Shown piece after piece: positions 8,869-18,761 of a stretch of 24,000 nt of DNA. Below the pieces are notes generated by a model. The model was not told the DNA's origin, made no database searches, and was given only the letters and a program-made list of their open reading frames with translations. Source of the stretch: Ahniellaceae bacterium (GTDB lineage: Bacteria; Pseudomonadota; Gammaproteobacteria; Xanthomonadales; Ahniellaceae). The DNA is taken from the NCBI GenBank assembly GCA_044221335.1, contig JBGAPI010000043.1, positions 5,333 through 29,332 on the forward strand, given 5' to 3'. Numbering within the stretch: the first letter of the stretch is position 1; each line of letters begins with the position of its first letter. A program made the translations under genes and the position numbers.

Positions 8869-9402
8869 CTACTGCGCCAGCGCCTGCGCCATCCGCGCCA
8901 GCCGGCCGCGGACCGAGCCGTCGATCACGGTTTCGCCGGCGTCGATCACGGCGCCGCCGATCAGCGAAGGATCGACCGCGGTCGCAAGCTCGATGTCGCG
9001 GTTGAACCGCTTGCGCAATGCCGTCTTCAACGCCACCGCCTGCGCCGATTCCATCGGCACCGCGGTCCGCACCACGACCTTCAGCACCGCCTCCGACTCC
9101 CGCTTCAGCGCCAGGAACTGCTCGGCGATCTCGGCGAGGTAGCCCAGACGCCGGTTGGCGGCCAGGGTGGCAAGGAAGTTGCCGTAGGTGCTGTCGGTGG
9201 CGACCCCTTCCGGCGCCAGCAGCCGGGTGAGGTCGGACGCCGACAGCCGCGGGTTGCCGATCAGCGGCTTCGCCTGCGGGTCGGCCGCGACGGCGGCCGA
9301 GAACTGCAGGTGGGCCGACCAGGTCGGCAGGGCCTGGGCAGCACGGGCCAGTTCGAACGCCGCGCGGGCGTAGGGACGGGCGATGGTGTGCGCGCTGCTC
9401 AT
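8869..9402 (-). CDS. atpH: F1 ATP synthase subunit delta
   Basis: Lies in track ORF 8869..9822(-). ATG at 9402 gives a 177-aa protein (MSSAHTIARPYARAAFELA...) with the typical delta/OSCP N-terminus. The atpF stop lies 3 nt upstream. The upstream ORF extension is shadow over atpF. Confidence 0.9.
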   Translation of the reverse strand: MSSAHTIARPYARAAFELARAAQALPTWSAHLQFSAAVAADPQAKPLIGNPRLSASDLTRLLAPEGVATDSTYGNFLATLAANRRLGYLAEIAEQFLALKRESEAVLKVVVRTAVPMESAQAVALKTALRKRFNRDIELATAVDPSLIGGAVIDAGETVIDGSVRGRLARMAQALAQ

Positions 9403-9404
9403 GC

Positions 9405-9875
9405 TCAGATCTCGCGGGCGAGGTTGTCGAGGAGGTCGCGATGCCGCGCCGCGTCGATCTCGCGGCCGAGGATCTTCTCGGCACCCTTGACCGCCAGCGC
9501 CGCCACCTGACCGCGCAACGTCTCGCGGGCACGTTCCGACAGCGAGGCGATCTCGGCTTCCGCCGAGGCCTTCTGCCGGGCCGCTTCCGCGACCGCGTCT
9601 TCCTTCGCCTTGTCGACGATCTGGCTGGCCTGGGCGTGGGCGCGCTCGGTGATCTGCTGCGCGTCGACGCGGGCCTTGCGGATCTCGTCGGCGACCTGCG
9701 CGTCGGCCTTCGCCAGCTCGTCCTTGGCGCGGTCCGCCGCGGCGAGGCCGTCGGCGATCTTCTTCTGACGATCCTCGATGGCCTTGATGATGTGCGGCCA
9801 GCCGAAGGTCATCACCATCCAAGCCACCGCGAAGAACGCGAGGCCCTGGATGATCAGCGTCAATCCGATACTCAT
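9405..9875 (-). CDS. atpF: Fo ATP synthase subunit b
   Basis: 156 aa, with an N-terminal TM ([23 protein letters not shown]) followed by a long charged helix (Ala/Glu/Lys/Arg-rich). It sits between atpE and atpH. Confidence 0.9.
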   Translation of the reverse strand: MSIGLTLIIQGLAFFAVAWMVMTFGWPHIIKAIEDRQKKIADGLAAADRAKDELAKADAQVADEIRKARVDAQQITERAHAQASQIVDKAKEDAVAEAARQKASAEAEIASLSERARETLRGQVAALAVKGAEKILGREIDAARHRDLLDNLAREI

Positions 9876-9936
9876 GTTGGACTCCTGGTAACGCCGTCAG
9901 CGCAGTGCCGACGGCGGAACGAAGCGGCTGGGCCGC

Positions 9937-11521
<1,585 letters not shown>

Positions 11522-11583
11522 GACAGGAACCTTCGGACCATCCGGAAGCCGCCGGACGAAAATCCGGGCGACAGAGCCGCGGG

Positions 11584-11612
11584 ATGATAGCCGCCGCTCC
11601 CGGCTGTCGCAA
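11584..11612 (-). promoter_or_regulatory. candidate sigma70 promoter of the atp operon
   Basis: The minus strand reads TTGCGA (11612-11607), a 17-nt spacer, then TATCAT (11589-11584). This is about 60 nt upstream of the atpI start, and I counted the spacer by hand. Confidence 0.5.
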
Positions 11613-11720
11613 GATTCATGGCGATCGTCCGAACGTGATTTCGGGCAAATCGAGGGCAGGTCGCGGCCCAGGAGAGCCGACGGAGAGCGATCGGGACGAA
11701 AACCGCCCGGTCGTGGGGCC

Positions 11721-12458
11721 TCAGGCGCGGAGTTGCTCCTGCGCCAGCGTCACCCACTCCTTCTGGGTGCGCTGGTAGTACTTCGGCGCCGCCTTGACCC
11801 GCTTGACGATCTGCTCGAACACCTGGCGCGCCTCCTGCAGCTGGCCGGAGCGCTTCAGCAGCAGCGCATAGCGGGCGCGGCCTTCCTCGCCGGGATAGGA
11901 CAGCGACAGCGTCGAGTACTCGTGCAGAGCCCCCTGCACGTCACCCAGACCCTCGAGGCTGCGGGCGTAGAGCAGGTGCCCCTCCTCGGACTTGAAATCG
12001 GGGTTGGCGGCGATCAGTTCCTGCAGCGACTTTTTCGCCGCCGCCGCGTCGCCGCGCCCGAACTGCGCCTTCGCGAGCCCGAGCAGGATGTCCGGATCGG
12101 TCGCGTGCGGGCCCTTCAGGCAGGAGCCGAACAGTTCTTCCGCATACAGCATGTCGCCGAGCTCCAGGCATTCCTGGGCGAGCCTGATCCGGTTGCTGAC
12201 GGTGTCGGCGACCTCCAGCTGGGCGGCGATGCGCTTGCGGTCGCGCTCCGGGTCGAGCTTCTTCTGCACGTTGCGCACCGCCGCCCGCGCCATCGGGTCG
12301 TGGCGCAGTTCCGGCAGGATCTGGGTGAAGAAGTACACCGCCACGCCGAGATAGGACCCCAGCATGATCAGCCAGATCCACCAGTACGGCTTGCCGCTGC
12401 GCACCATGTGCACGAGGCAGACGAACTGCAGGACCAGGGACAGGTAGACCAGGGGCAT
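11721..12458 (-). CDS. membrane-anchored TPR-repeat protein with a PLDc_N-like N-terminal TM domain
   Basis: Lies in track ORF 11721..13043(-). ATG verified at 12458 gives 245 aa. The N-terminus MPLVYLSLVLQFVCLVHMVRSGKPYWWIWLIMLGSYLGVAVYFF resembles the small cardiolipin-synthase-N-type TM domain. The rest is TPR-like (LGDMLYAEELF..., LGLAKAQFGRGDAAAAKKSLQELIAANP, YARSLEGLGDVQGAL). The upstream ORF extension overlaps nudC out of frame. Confidence 0.75.
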   Translation of the reverse strand: MPLVYLSLVLQFVCLVHMVRSGKPYWWIWLIMLGSYLGVAVYFFTQILPELRHDPMARAAVRNVQKKLDPERDRKRIAAQLEVADTVSNRIRLAQECLELGDMLYAEELFGSCLKGPHATDPDILLGLAKAQFGRGDAAAAKKSLQELIAANPDFKSEEGHLLYARSLEGLGDVQGALHEYSTLSLSYPGEEGRARYALLLKRSGQLQEARQVFEQIVKRVKAAPKYYQRTQKEWVTLAQEQLRA

Positions 12459-12565
12459 GGCGGACAACCGGACGGAAAGGGACTTATTCGAGCGGAGGCC
12501 GATGACGCTGTAAAGCGGCCCGCCGCGGTTCGACACTGGGGAAACGTCCGTACGGATCGATGCGA

Positions 12566-13495
12566 TCAACCCTTCCGGGACGAGGACGGTACGTCGCGGC
12601 CAGTCATCTTGCGGTACCAGGTCTCCTGCAACCATCGCGCGATCGACAGCCGGGGGGACAGCAGCAGGCTGCCCGCGGCGAGCTCGGCGTCGAGTTCGTC
12701 GATCGAGAACCAGCGCGCGTGCTCGAGCTCGCTGCCGACCGCGATCGTGCTGTCGACCGCCTCGGCGAAGAAGCCCAGCATCAGCGAGGCCGGAAACGGC
12801 CAGGGCTGGGAACCGGCGTAGTCGACCCGCCCGACGCCGACGCCGGTCTCCTCGGCCACCTCGCGGCGCACCGCGTCCTCCAGCGTCTCGCCCGGCTCGA
12901 CGAAGCCGGCCAGCGTCGAATAGCGCCCGGCCGGCCAGGAGGCCTGGCGACCGAGCAGGCAGCGCTCGCCGTCGGAGACCAGGACGATGATCGCCGGGTC
13001 GGTGCGTGGGAAATACTCGACGCCGCAGGCGGCATCGCTGCACTGCGCACGGTGGCCCTGCTCGATGATCCGGGTCGGCGCTCCGCAGCGGCCGCAGAAG
13101 CGCTTGCGCGACTGCCAGTGCAGCAGCGCCCGGGCGTAGGCGGCGAGCCCGGCCTCGGCGCCGGGCAGGCGGGTCGCGGCACTGCGCAGGTCGATGTAGG
13201 TCTCGCCGGCGGCGAGCGTCGGCTGGATGTCGGTGTCGAGCGCCGCGAACAGCGCGGCCTCGCCATCGATCCCGAGAAAGCTCGCGGTCGCCGTCCCGGG
13301 GGTGGGCTGACGCCAGGCCAGGCGCTCGGCGCCGGTGTCGACCAGCACCTGGCCGTCGGCGCGCAGCACCAGGCAGCGGCTGTTGCCGGCGACCCAGGCG
13401 GCGCGCAGCCAGTCGCCATCGGTGCGGCGATGAGTGGCGCGGTCGAAGCCGCGGCCGGCGAAGACGTAGGGCCGCTCGCGATCGGGATAGGGCAT
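12566..13495 (-). CDS. nudC: NAD(+) diphosphatase (NADH pyrophosphatase), Nudix family
   Basis: It has the zinc-ribbon CGRCGAPT...CSDAACG and YFPRTDPAIIVLV. The Nudix box is GRYSTLAGFVEPGETLEDAVRREVAEETGV. I chose ATG 13495 (MPYPDRERPYVF); the track start at 13558 is less likely. Confidence 0.85.
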   Translation of the reverse strand: MPYPDRERPYVFAGRGFDRATHRRTDGDWLRAAWVAGNSRCLVLRADGQVLVDTGAERLAWRQPTPGTATASFLGIDGEAALFAALDTDIQPTLAAGETYIDLRSAATRLPGAEAGLAAYARALLHWQSRKRFCGRCGAPTRIIEQGHRAQCSDAACGVEYFPRTDPAIIVLVSDGERCLLGRQASWPAGRYSTLAGFVEPGETLEDAVRREVAEETGVGVGRVDYAGSQPWPFPASLMLGFFAEAVDSTIAVGSELEHARWFSIDELDAELAAGSLLLSPRLSIARWLQETWYRKMTGRDVPSSSRKG

Positions 13496-13514
13496 CAGCG
13501 ACGGGGAGCCGGGA

Positions 13515-13886
13515 TCAGGCCGAGAACGAGGAGCCGCATCCGCAGGTCGTCTTGGCATTGGGATTGCGGATCACGAACTGCGCGCCGGTCAGGGACTCGC
13601 TGTAGTCGATTTCCGCGCCCATCAGGTACTGCAGGGACAGCGGATCGACCAGCAGGGTGACGCCGTCGGTCGACACCGCGAGGTCATCCTCGGCCGACGC
13701 GTCGTCGAACGAGAAGCCGTACTGGAACCCGGAGCAGCCGCCGCCGGAAATGTAGACGCGCAGCTTCAGCGCCGGGTTGCCTTCCTCGGCGATGAGCGCG
13801 GCGACCTTCGCCGCGGCGGCGGAAGTGAACACCAGCGGCGCCTCGGTCGCGTCCTGGTAGCTGGGGGTCTCGGTCATGCTCGCCAT
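13515..13886 (-). CDS. erpA: iron-sulfur cluster insertion protein ErpA (A-type carrier)
   Basis: 123 aa with [17 protein letters not shown] and the C-terminal CGCGSSF signature. GGAGAA lies 4 nt before ATG 13886. Confidence 0.9.
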   Translation of the reverse strand: MASMTETPSYQDATEAPLVFTSAAAAKVAALIAEEGNPALKLRVYISGGGCSGFQYGFSFDDASAEDDLAVSTDGVTLLVDPLSLQYLMGAEIDYSESLTGAQFVIRNPNAKTTCGCGSSFSA

Positions 13887-13907
13887 GTGGTTCTCCGGCG
13901 CGTGAAT

Positions 13908-14417
13908 TCAAGCGCGCTTCTTGCTGGCCTTCGCTTCCTCGCCGGCCGCTTCCGCCGGTCCCTCGCCGACCGCGGACAGGAAGTCCGCGCGGCCCTCGGG
14001 ACTCGGCGCCGGCTTCGCTTCCGGCTTCGGCAGCTGCTTGCGCGGCTCATCTTCGCGCACGATCTGGCCGTTGACCTGGGCACCGGCCTGCATTTCCAGG
14101 ATCTTGTAGTAGATGTTGCCGTTGACCCGGGCCTGGGCCGCGAGTTCGATCCGCTCGGCGGCGACGATGTCGCCGCGCACGGTGCCGTTGATCACCACGT
14201 GCGGCGAGCGCACCTCGCCCTCGATCACGCCCTTCTCGGAGATCACCAGGACCGCCTCGGCGCCGGACTCGGCGACCACGGAACCGAACACGGTCCCGTC
14301 GATGTGGAGGCCGCCGGAGAAACTGATGTCGCCGCGCAGCGTGGTCTTCTGTCCGATCAGGGTGTCGACATGCACCGACGGCCGCGCGGGACCCTTGTCC
14401 TTGTTGCTACCGAACAT
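13908..14417 (-). CDS. bactofilin-family polymer-forming cytoskeletal protein
   Basis: 169 aa. The core has repeated beta-helix windings (LRGDISFSGGLHIDGTVFGSV...GVIEGEVRSPHVVINGTVRGDIVAAERIELAAQARVNGNIYY). The C-terminus is a disordered Pro/Ala/Glu/Lys tail. Confidence 0.85.
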   Translation of the reverse strand: MFGSNKDKGPARPSVHVDTLIGQKTTLRGDISFSGGLHIDGTVFGSVVAESGAEAVLVISEKGVIEGEVRSPHVVINGTVRGDIVAAERIELAAQARVNGNIYYKILEMQAGAQVNGQIVREDEPRKQLPKPEAKPAPSPEGRADFLSAVGEGPAEAAGEEAKASKKRA

Positions 14418-15162
14418 CGTCCTTCCTCCCCACGTTGATCGCCTCGGCCCAGGCGAACTCCTTGTTGATCGCCTGGCCGTCGCTGGCCTTGGCCAGCACC
14501 TTGACCTTGCTGGGCTCGAAGCCCGGCGGCAGCATGAGGTTGCCCTCCAGCTGCTGAAAATACTTGAATCCGAAGGCGAGCGACTTCGCGCCGTCGTTCT
14601 GCACCAGCGACGGCCAGTCGAGCGTGACCAGCTGGTTGTTCCTCACGCCGTCGACCGTCAGGTCGACGTTGCCGTCGATGCGGTCGCCCTTCTTCAGGTT
14701 CTGCATCAGGGTCAGCCGGAACGAATAGCCGCCGCTCTTGCCGATCGGCTTCAGCCCGAGCGAATGCACCGCGAGTCCTTCGCGCGGGGCGCTGCCGCCG
14801 ACCAGGCGCTGGTAGAACGCCAGGTCGGAGCGCAGCGAGGCGATCTCGTCCTCGCGGTCCTTCAGCGTGCTTTCGAGGTCGGAATTGGCGGCGCGCGACA
14901 CCTGGTCGGCCCGCTCGACCACGGCGAGGCGGGTCTTGGTGCCGTCGAGCTCGCGGCGCAGGTCGCGGATCTCGGCGGCCTGGCTCGCCACCGTGGTCAA
15001 GGCCTCGTCGAAGTTCGGGGCGGCGTGGCGGATGCCGAGCATGAAGGCGATCGTCACCGACAGCACCCAGGCGATACCCAGCACCCAGCGCAGCCGCCGC
15101 GCGTAGCGCGCGTCGTGCGGTTTCAGGGTGAGCAGGGCATCGTAGGGACGTGGTTTCAGCAT
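14407..15162 (-). CDS. single-pass membrane protein with a coiled-coil and a C-terminal beta-rich domain (possibly the DUF6776 family, recalled from memory only)
   Basis: 251 aa with a basic N-terminus and a TM segment WVLGIAWVLSVTIAFMLGI. A heptad-like segment follows (AAEIRDLRRELDGTKTRLAVVER...LKDREDEIASLRSDLAFYQRL). Its stop TAG at 14409-14407 overlaps the bactofilin ATG at 14417 by 11 nt. Confidence 0.7.
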   Translation of the reverse strand: MLKPRPYDALLTLKPHDARYARRLRWVLGIAWVLSVTIAFMLGIRHAAPNFDEALTTVASQAAEIRDLRRELDGTKTRLAVVERADQVSRAANSDLESTLKDREDEIASLRSDLAFYQRLVGGSAPREGLAVHSLGLKPIGKSGGYSFRLTLMQNLKKGDRIDGNVDLTVDGVRNNQLVTLDWPSLVQNDGAKSLAFGFKYFQQLEGNLMLPPGFEPSKVKVLAKASDGQAINKEFAWAEAINVGRKDDVR

Positions 15163-15278
15163 GGCAGCCGGGTTTTATAGCGGGGAGGCGAAGGCGCGGT
15201 CAACGCGGAAACGCGGGCGGCGCCAGGGTGGATCGCGCAGCATGACCGCGCGGGTGTTAGCGGTCCGGTAAGCGGAAA

Positions 15279-16391
15279 ATGCGGGCTATACTCGGCCCGA
15301 ATGCGGTCAGGACGAGGTCAGGCGGCGTGATACTGGGACTGGGTCATGGCTACCCGGCGGATGCGGTGGAGCGCACCCTCCCGGACGTCGACAGCGCACG
15401 CGCGCTGCTCGCCTCCCGTCGCCCCGACATCATCGACCTGCTGCGCCGGCGCCGCTCGATCTACCACGAGGTCTATGGCGATTCCGCGCTGACCTACCTC
15501 GAGCGCGCCGAGGGTGCGCTGCAGCTGGCGCTGGCCCGTTTCGGCATGCGCCACGGAACGCTCGGCGACGACTTCCACCACTACCACAACGAAGACCACG
15601 CGCTGGAGATCCTCGATCGCCGCCTTGGCCGGGTGCTGAACCAGGTCGGGGTGGAGGCGCTGCCCGGTCCCGACTGGTTCGCGCTGTCGCTGTTCGCCGC
15701 CTGCCACGACCTGCGCCAGCGCGAGCCGAGCAACGGACATGGCCATGGCCAAGGCCAGGTGATCGGCAACAACGAGGCCGCGTCGATCGCCGAGACCCAT
15801 CGCATCCTCACCGCCGCCGGCTTCGGCCCGCAGGTCGACCGCGCGCTCTACATCGCGCTCGAGGTGATGATCGCCGGCAGCACCTTCGACGTGCCGCCGC
15901 GCCCGCCCGGCGTCGAGCCCGGCACGCCGATGCCCGACGGCGGCCCGCTGGCACCGCGGCTGGTGCGCGAACTGGAGCGCGAGGGCGTCCCGAACCGGGA
16001 AGCCCCGGAGGTCCGCTGGGCCCTGAAGCTGGCGCTGATCGCCTCCGACCTCGATACCGCCAACGTCGGCGAGCGCTTCGTCGACTTCGCCGCCAGCGCC
16101 TCGCGGCTCGCCAGCGAACGCGAGATGCGGATGCACCGTTCGCTGCACGACCCGTCCAGCGGTCCGCCGGTGCTGTCCTTCCTGACCGGTGGTCAGGAAC
16201 GCTACTTCTTCGAACTGCACCGCTTCTGCTCCGACATCGGCCTGCGCGTGTTCGGGCCGGGCAAGGACGCCAACGCGGCCCGGGTGCGCGCGCAGTCCGA
16301 GCGCCTGAACCAGCGTTTCCCCGATCCCGCCGCCGGCTACACCGGTGCCGAGGTGATCGCCGCGCACACGCGCTTTGCCGAATTGAAATAG
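15279..16391 (+). CDS. HD-superfamily-like predicted metal-dependent phosphohydrolase (COG4339-like pattern)
   Basis: The motifs are spaced as in HD hydrolases: FHHYHNEDHALEIL, then LFAACHDLRQRE, then NNEAASIAETHRIL, then LIASDLDTANVG. The first ~29 codons of the track ORF use rare A/T-ending codons (ata, aat, agg, tca, gga). The true start is therefore probably downstream, for example GTG 15366. The stop is secure. Confidence 0.6.
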   Translation: MRAILGPNAVRTRSGGVILGLGHGYPADAVERTLPDVDSARALLASRRPDIIDLLRRRRSIYHEVYGDSALTYLERAEGALQLALARFGMRHGTLGDDFHHYHNEDHALEILDRRLGRVLNQVGVEALPGPDWFALSLFAACHDLRQREPSNGHGHGQGQVIGNNEAASIAETHRILTAAGFGPQVDRALYIALEVMIAGSTFDVPPRPPGVEPGTPMPDGGPLAPRLVRELEREGVPNREAPEVRWALKLALIASDLDTANVGERFVDFAASASRLASEREMRMHRSLHDPSSGPPVLSFLTGGQERYFFELHRFCSDIGLRVFGPGKDANAARVRAQSERLNQRFPDPAAGYTGAEVIAAHTRFAELK

Positions 16392-16411
16392 GCCGACCGG
16401 CCGCCATCGCC

Positions 16412-16834
16412 ATGAACGACAAACTGCTCAACATCGGCCCGAAGTCCGCCGCCTGGCTGCGCCAGGTGGGCGTGCGCACCCACGCCGATCTGTCGCGCGA
16501 AGGCGCCCTCGGCACCTTCCTCAAGGTCAAGCGGGCCGGCTTCAAGCCGAGCCTCAACCTGCTGTACGCGCTGGCCGGCGCCGAGAAGGGCTGCCACTGG
16601 ACCGCGCTGTCGGCCGACGAGAAGAGCACGATGGTGCTCGCGGTCAACGCCGCGGACGACGCCGCCAAGCAGGCGAAGAAGTTCGTCACCCCGGCGCGCG
16701 ACATCGTGGTCGAGCGCGACGCGTCCGACGAACGCGCCGAGGCGCCTGAACCCGTCGGCCTGTTCGACGATCCGGGCGGCGCCGGATCCGATGCTTCTTC
16801 CAGCGGTCACGGCGACGGCAGCCACGGCGACTGA
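16412..16834 (+). CDS. TfoX/Sxy C-terminal-domain protein (stand-alone) with an acidic disordered tail
   Basis: 140 aa. LLNIGPKSAAWLRQVGVRTHADLSREGALGTFLKVKRAGFKPSLNLLYALAGAEKGCHWTAL matches the TfoX_C pattern I recall (LPNIG..S...L...GI....L...G...a...l......slNlLyALeGA..g.hW). The tail reads DDPGGAGSDASSSGHGDGSHGD. Confidence 0.75.
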   Translation: MNDKLLNIGPKSAAWLRQVGVRTHADLSREGALGTFLKVKRAGFKPSLNLLYALAGAEKGCHWTALSADEKSTMVLAVNAADDAAKQAKKFVTPARDIVVERDASDERAEAPEPVGLFDDPGGAGSDASSSGHGDGSHGD

Positions 16835-16897
16835 CGCCGGGACGCCGGCCGCCGGGCCGACGCAACGACAACAAGAACCCCAGCCCCGGAGGTCATC

Positions 16898-17686
16898 ATG
16901 AAGAGGAATCTGCTTTTCGCCGCGTTGCTCGCCCTGCCCGGCCTCGCCCATGCCGACGGCGACTCGGTGTTCCCGCTGCTGCGCGACATCGCCGGCGACC
17001 GGGAACTGCCGAAGCCCTATGGCGTCAGCGCCGACTTTGTGACGATGTACCAGAACTACGACATCCAATCGCTGGCATTTCAGCTCCCGGGCGTGAGCCT
17101 GTCCGACCCGAACGTGATCGGGGTGAAGAATTCGGTGCGCGAGGGCGACCTCAAGTTCGATGCCTGGGTGCTGCCCTTCCTGAACGTGTTCGGCGTCTAT
17201 GGCCACGTCTCGGCCGACACCCGGGTCGACCTGTCGCGTGTGCCGATCACCGGCCTGCCGTTCAACCTCGGAACGCTCAACATCAGCTACTCGGGCCAGT
17301 CCTACGGCGGCGGCTTCACCCTGGTCTACGGGGTGGACAAGTTCTTCGGCTCGGTCACCGGCACCTACGTCGACACCAACCTGTCGGGCGATTTCGACTC
17401 CTCGGTGCATTCGAAGAGCTGGCAGCCCAGGATCGGCTACGCCGACGGCGCCTGGGCCTACTGGGTCGGCGGCCTCTACCTCGACCTGTCCGAGCACCAC
17501 CACGGCAACATCGTCCTGCCGGTGGTCGGCGGCGTGCCGTTCGACGTCCGCCTGCGCGAGGAGAAGAAATTCAGCCCGACGGCCGGCGCGCGCTATCGCT
17601 TCTCCGATTCGTCCGACATCCACGTCGAGTTCGGCGGCGGCGATCGCAAGGTCACGATGATCAACATGGCCTATCGCTTCGACTAG
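16898..17686 (+). CDS. exported protein, probable outer-membrane beta-barrel
   Basis: A strong Shine-Dalgarno GGAGG lies 6 nt before the ATG. The signal peptide is MKRNLLFAALLALPGLAHA-DG. Alternating hydrophobic/polar, Gly/Tyr-rich strands follow (GGGFTLVYGVDKFFGSVTGTYVDT, AWAYWVGGLYLDL). The C-terminus reads MAYRFD, so the aromatic residue is penultimate rather than terminal. Confidence 0.6.
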   Translation: MKRNLLFAALLALPGLAHADGDSVFPLLRDIAGDRELPKPYGVSADFVTMYQNYDIQSLAFQLPGVSLSDPNVIGVKNSVREGDLKFDAWVLPFLNVFGVYGHVSADTRVDLSRVPITGLPFNLGTLNISYSGQSYGGGFTLVYGVDKFFGSVTGTYVDTNLSGDFDSSVHSKSWQPRIGYADGAWAYWVGGLYLDLSEHHHGNIVLPVVGGVPFDVRLREEKKFSPTAGARYRFSDSSDIHVEFGGGDRKVTMINMAYRFD

Positions 17687-17716
17687 GGGATTTCGCGCCT
17701 GCGGCGCGAAATCCCC
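17686..17716 (+). terminator. perfect 14-bp stem-loop between the barrel-like gene and the next gene (attenuator or terminator-like, no T-run)
   Basis: GGGGATTTCGCGCC-TGC-GGCGCGAAATCCCC overlaps the stop codon at 17684-17686. No U-tract follows (CTGGAAG). Confidence 0.45.
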
Positions 17717-17729
17717 CTGGAAGAGCGGA

Positions 17730-18707
17730 ATGCGGTTGAACAGCATCGCTCGATTGCTCGGCTCTGCGGGCCCACGTCTCCGGCGACCCCGGACGTGGGC
17801 CTTGTCATTGGGGGCCATCGCGTTCGTCGCCCTGGCGACGACCGCGATGGCCTATGAGACCGACCAGTACAGCCATCGCCGCGAGCCGCTCGCCGATTCG
17901 ACCGCGGTGATGAACGCGCACGTCAACGCGGCGCTGGCGAAGATCGTCGCGACACGGCGCGTGCCGCACGACCGGATGAAGATGGTCGACGCCGTCTACC
18001 ATGAGCTCGGCGGGCTCTACTGGGTGCATCACATCGAGGCCTGGGCCTGGGACTCGCCGGCGGTCGACAAGCAGAACCTCGATCGCTACCGCTCGATCTA
18101 CAGCGGACTGCCGCTCCGGGTCACCCGGGTCAACAAACTGTTCGGCGTCGGCCCGACGCTGATGATCAACCACCAGCGCCTCGGTACCGACAAGCTCGGC
18201 CATTTCATCGCGCAGGGCCGCAAGTTCTTTCGCCGCTGGCTGAAGTCGGGAAGCGAGGCGGAGGCCGCCCGGCAGTCGGCCTTCACCGAACGCGCGATCT
18301 TCGGCTCGGTCACCACCGGCGTGTATTCCAATGCCGACCTGGTCTCGAACTACGAGGGCCACCGCTTCTTCAGAAGCCTGTTCGAGGCCGGCATCAACGC
18401 GGACAAGCCGGCGATCCTCCACTGGCACGACGACCACTGGGAGATCCGCCGGCCATTCGACTTCGCCGACTACGTGAACGCCTACTGGGACGAATCGCTG
18501 AACGGCAACGGCTACGACCGCTTCCTCCGCCCGTACATGCTGGAGCGGGTCGCCGGCTATTGCGACGACTACCGGCAGGACCCCTCGGCCTACGACATCG
18601 ACCCGGCGGTCGATGCGGAGCTCGCCATGCGCTATCGGATCCTCGACCTCGAGGACAACACGGCGACGCGGGTGGCCGAGGTCTGCCGGGAGGCCGGGAC
18701 GCGTTGA
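17730..18707 (+). CDS. secreted hypothetical protein
   Basis: 325 aa. The N-terminus has an Arg-rich n-region, the h-region WALSLGAIAFVALATTAMA, and a probable cleavage before YETDQYS. GC3 bias is strong. I cannot place a family. Notable motifs are GTDKLGHFIAQG and GVYSNADLVSNYEGHRFF. Confidence 0.6.
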   Translation: MRLNSIARLLGSAGPRLRRPRTWALSLGAIAFVALATTAMAYETDQYSHRREPLADSTAVMNAHVNAALAKIVATRRVPHDRMKMVDAVYHELGGLYWVHHIEAWAWDSPAVDKQNLDRYRSIYSGLPLRVTRVNKLFGVGPTLMINHQRLGTDKLGHFIAQGRKFFRRWLKSGSEAEAARQSAFTERAIFGSVTTGVYSNADLVSNYEGHRFFRSLFEAGINADKPAILHWHDDHWEIRRPFDFADYVNAYWDESLNGNGYDRFLRPYMLERVAGYCDDYRQDPSAYDIDPAVDAELAMRYRILDLEDNTATRVAEVCREAGTR

Positions 18708-18761
18708 CGGGGTGGGCGTTCGGGAAATGGAGCGGGGTCAGGACTCCGGGCCCGGAAGGCG

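Noticed and set aside
16337-17818. 493-aa minus-strand ORF antisense to the TfoX_C and barrel-like genes.
   Set aside because: It has no motifs, while the plus-strand genes have start-site support (GGAGG before the barrel-like gene's ATG) plus a signal peptide or a domain match.
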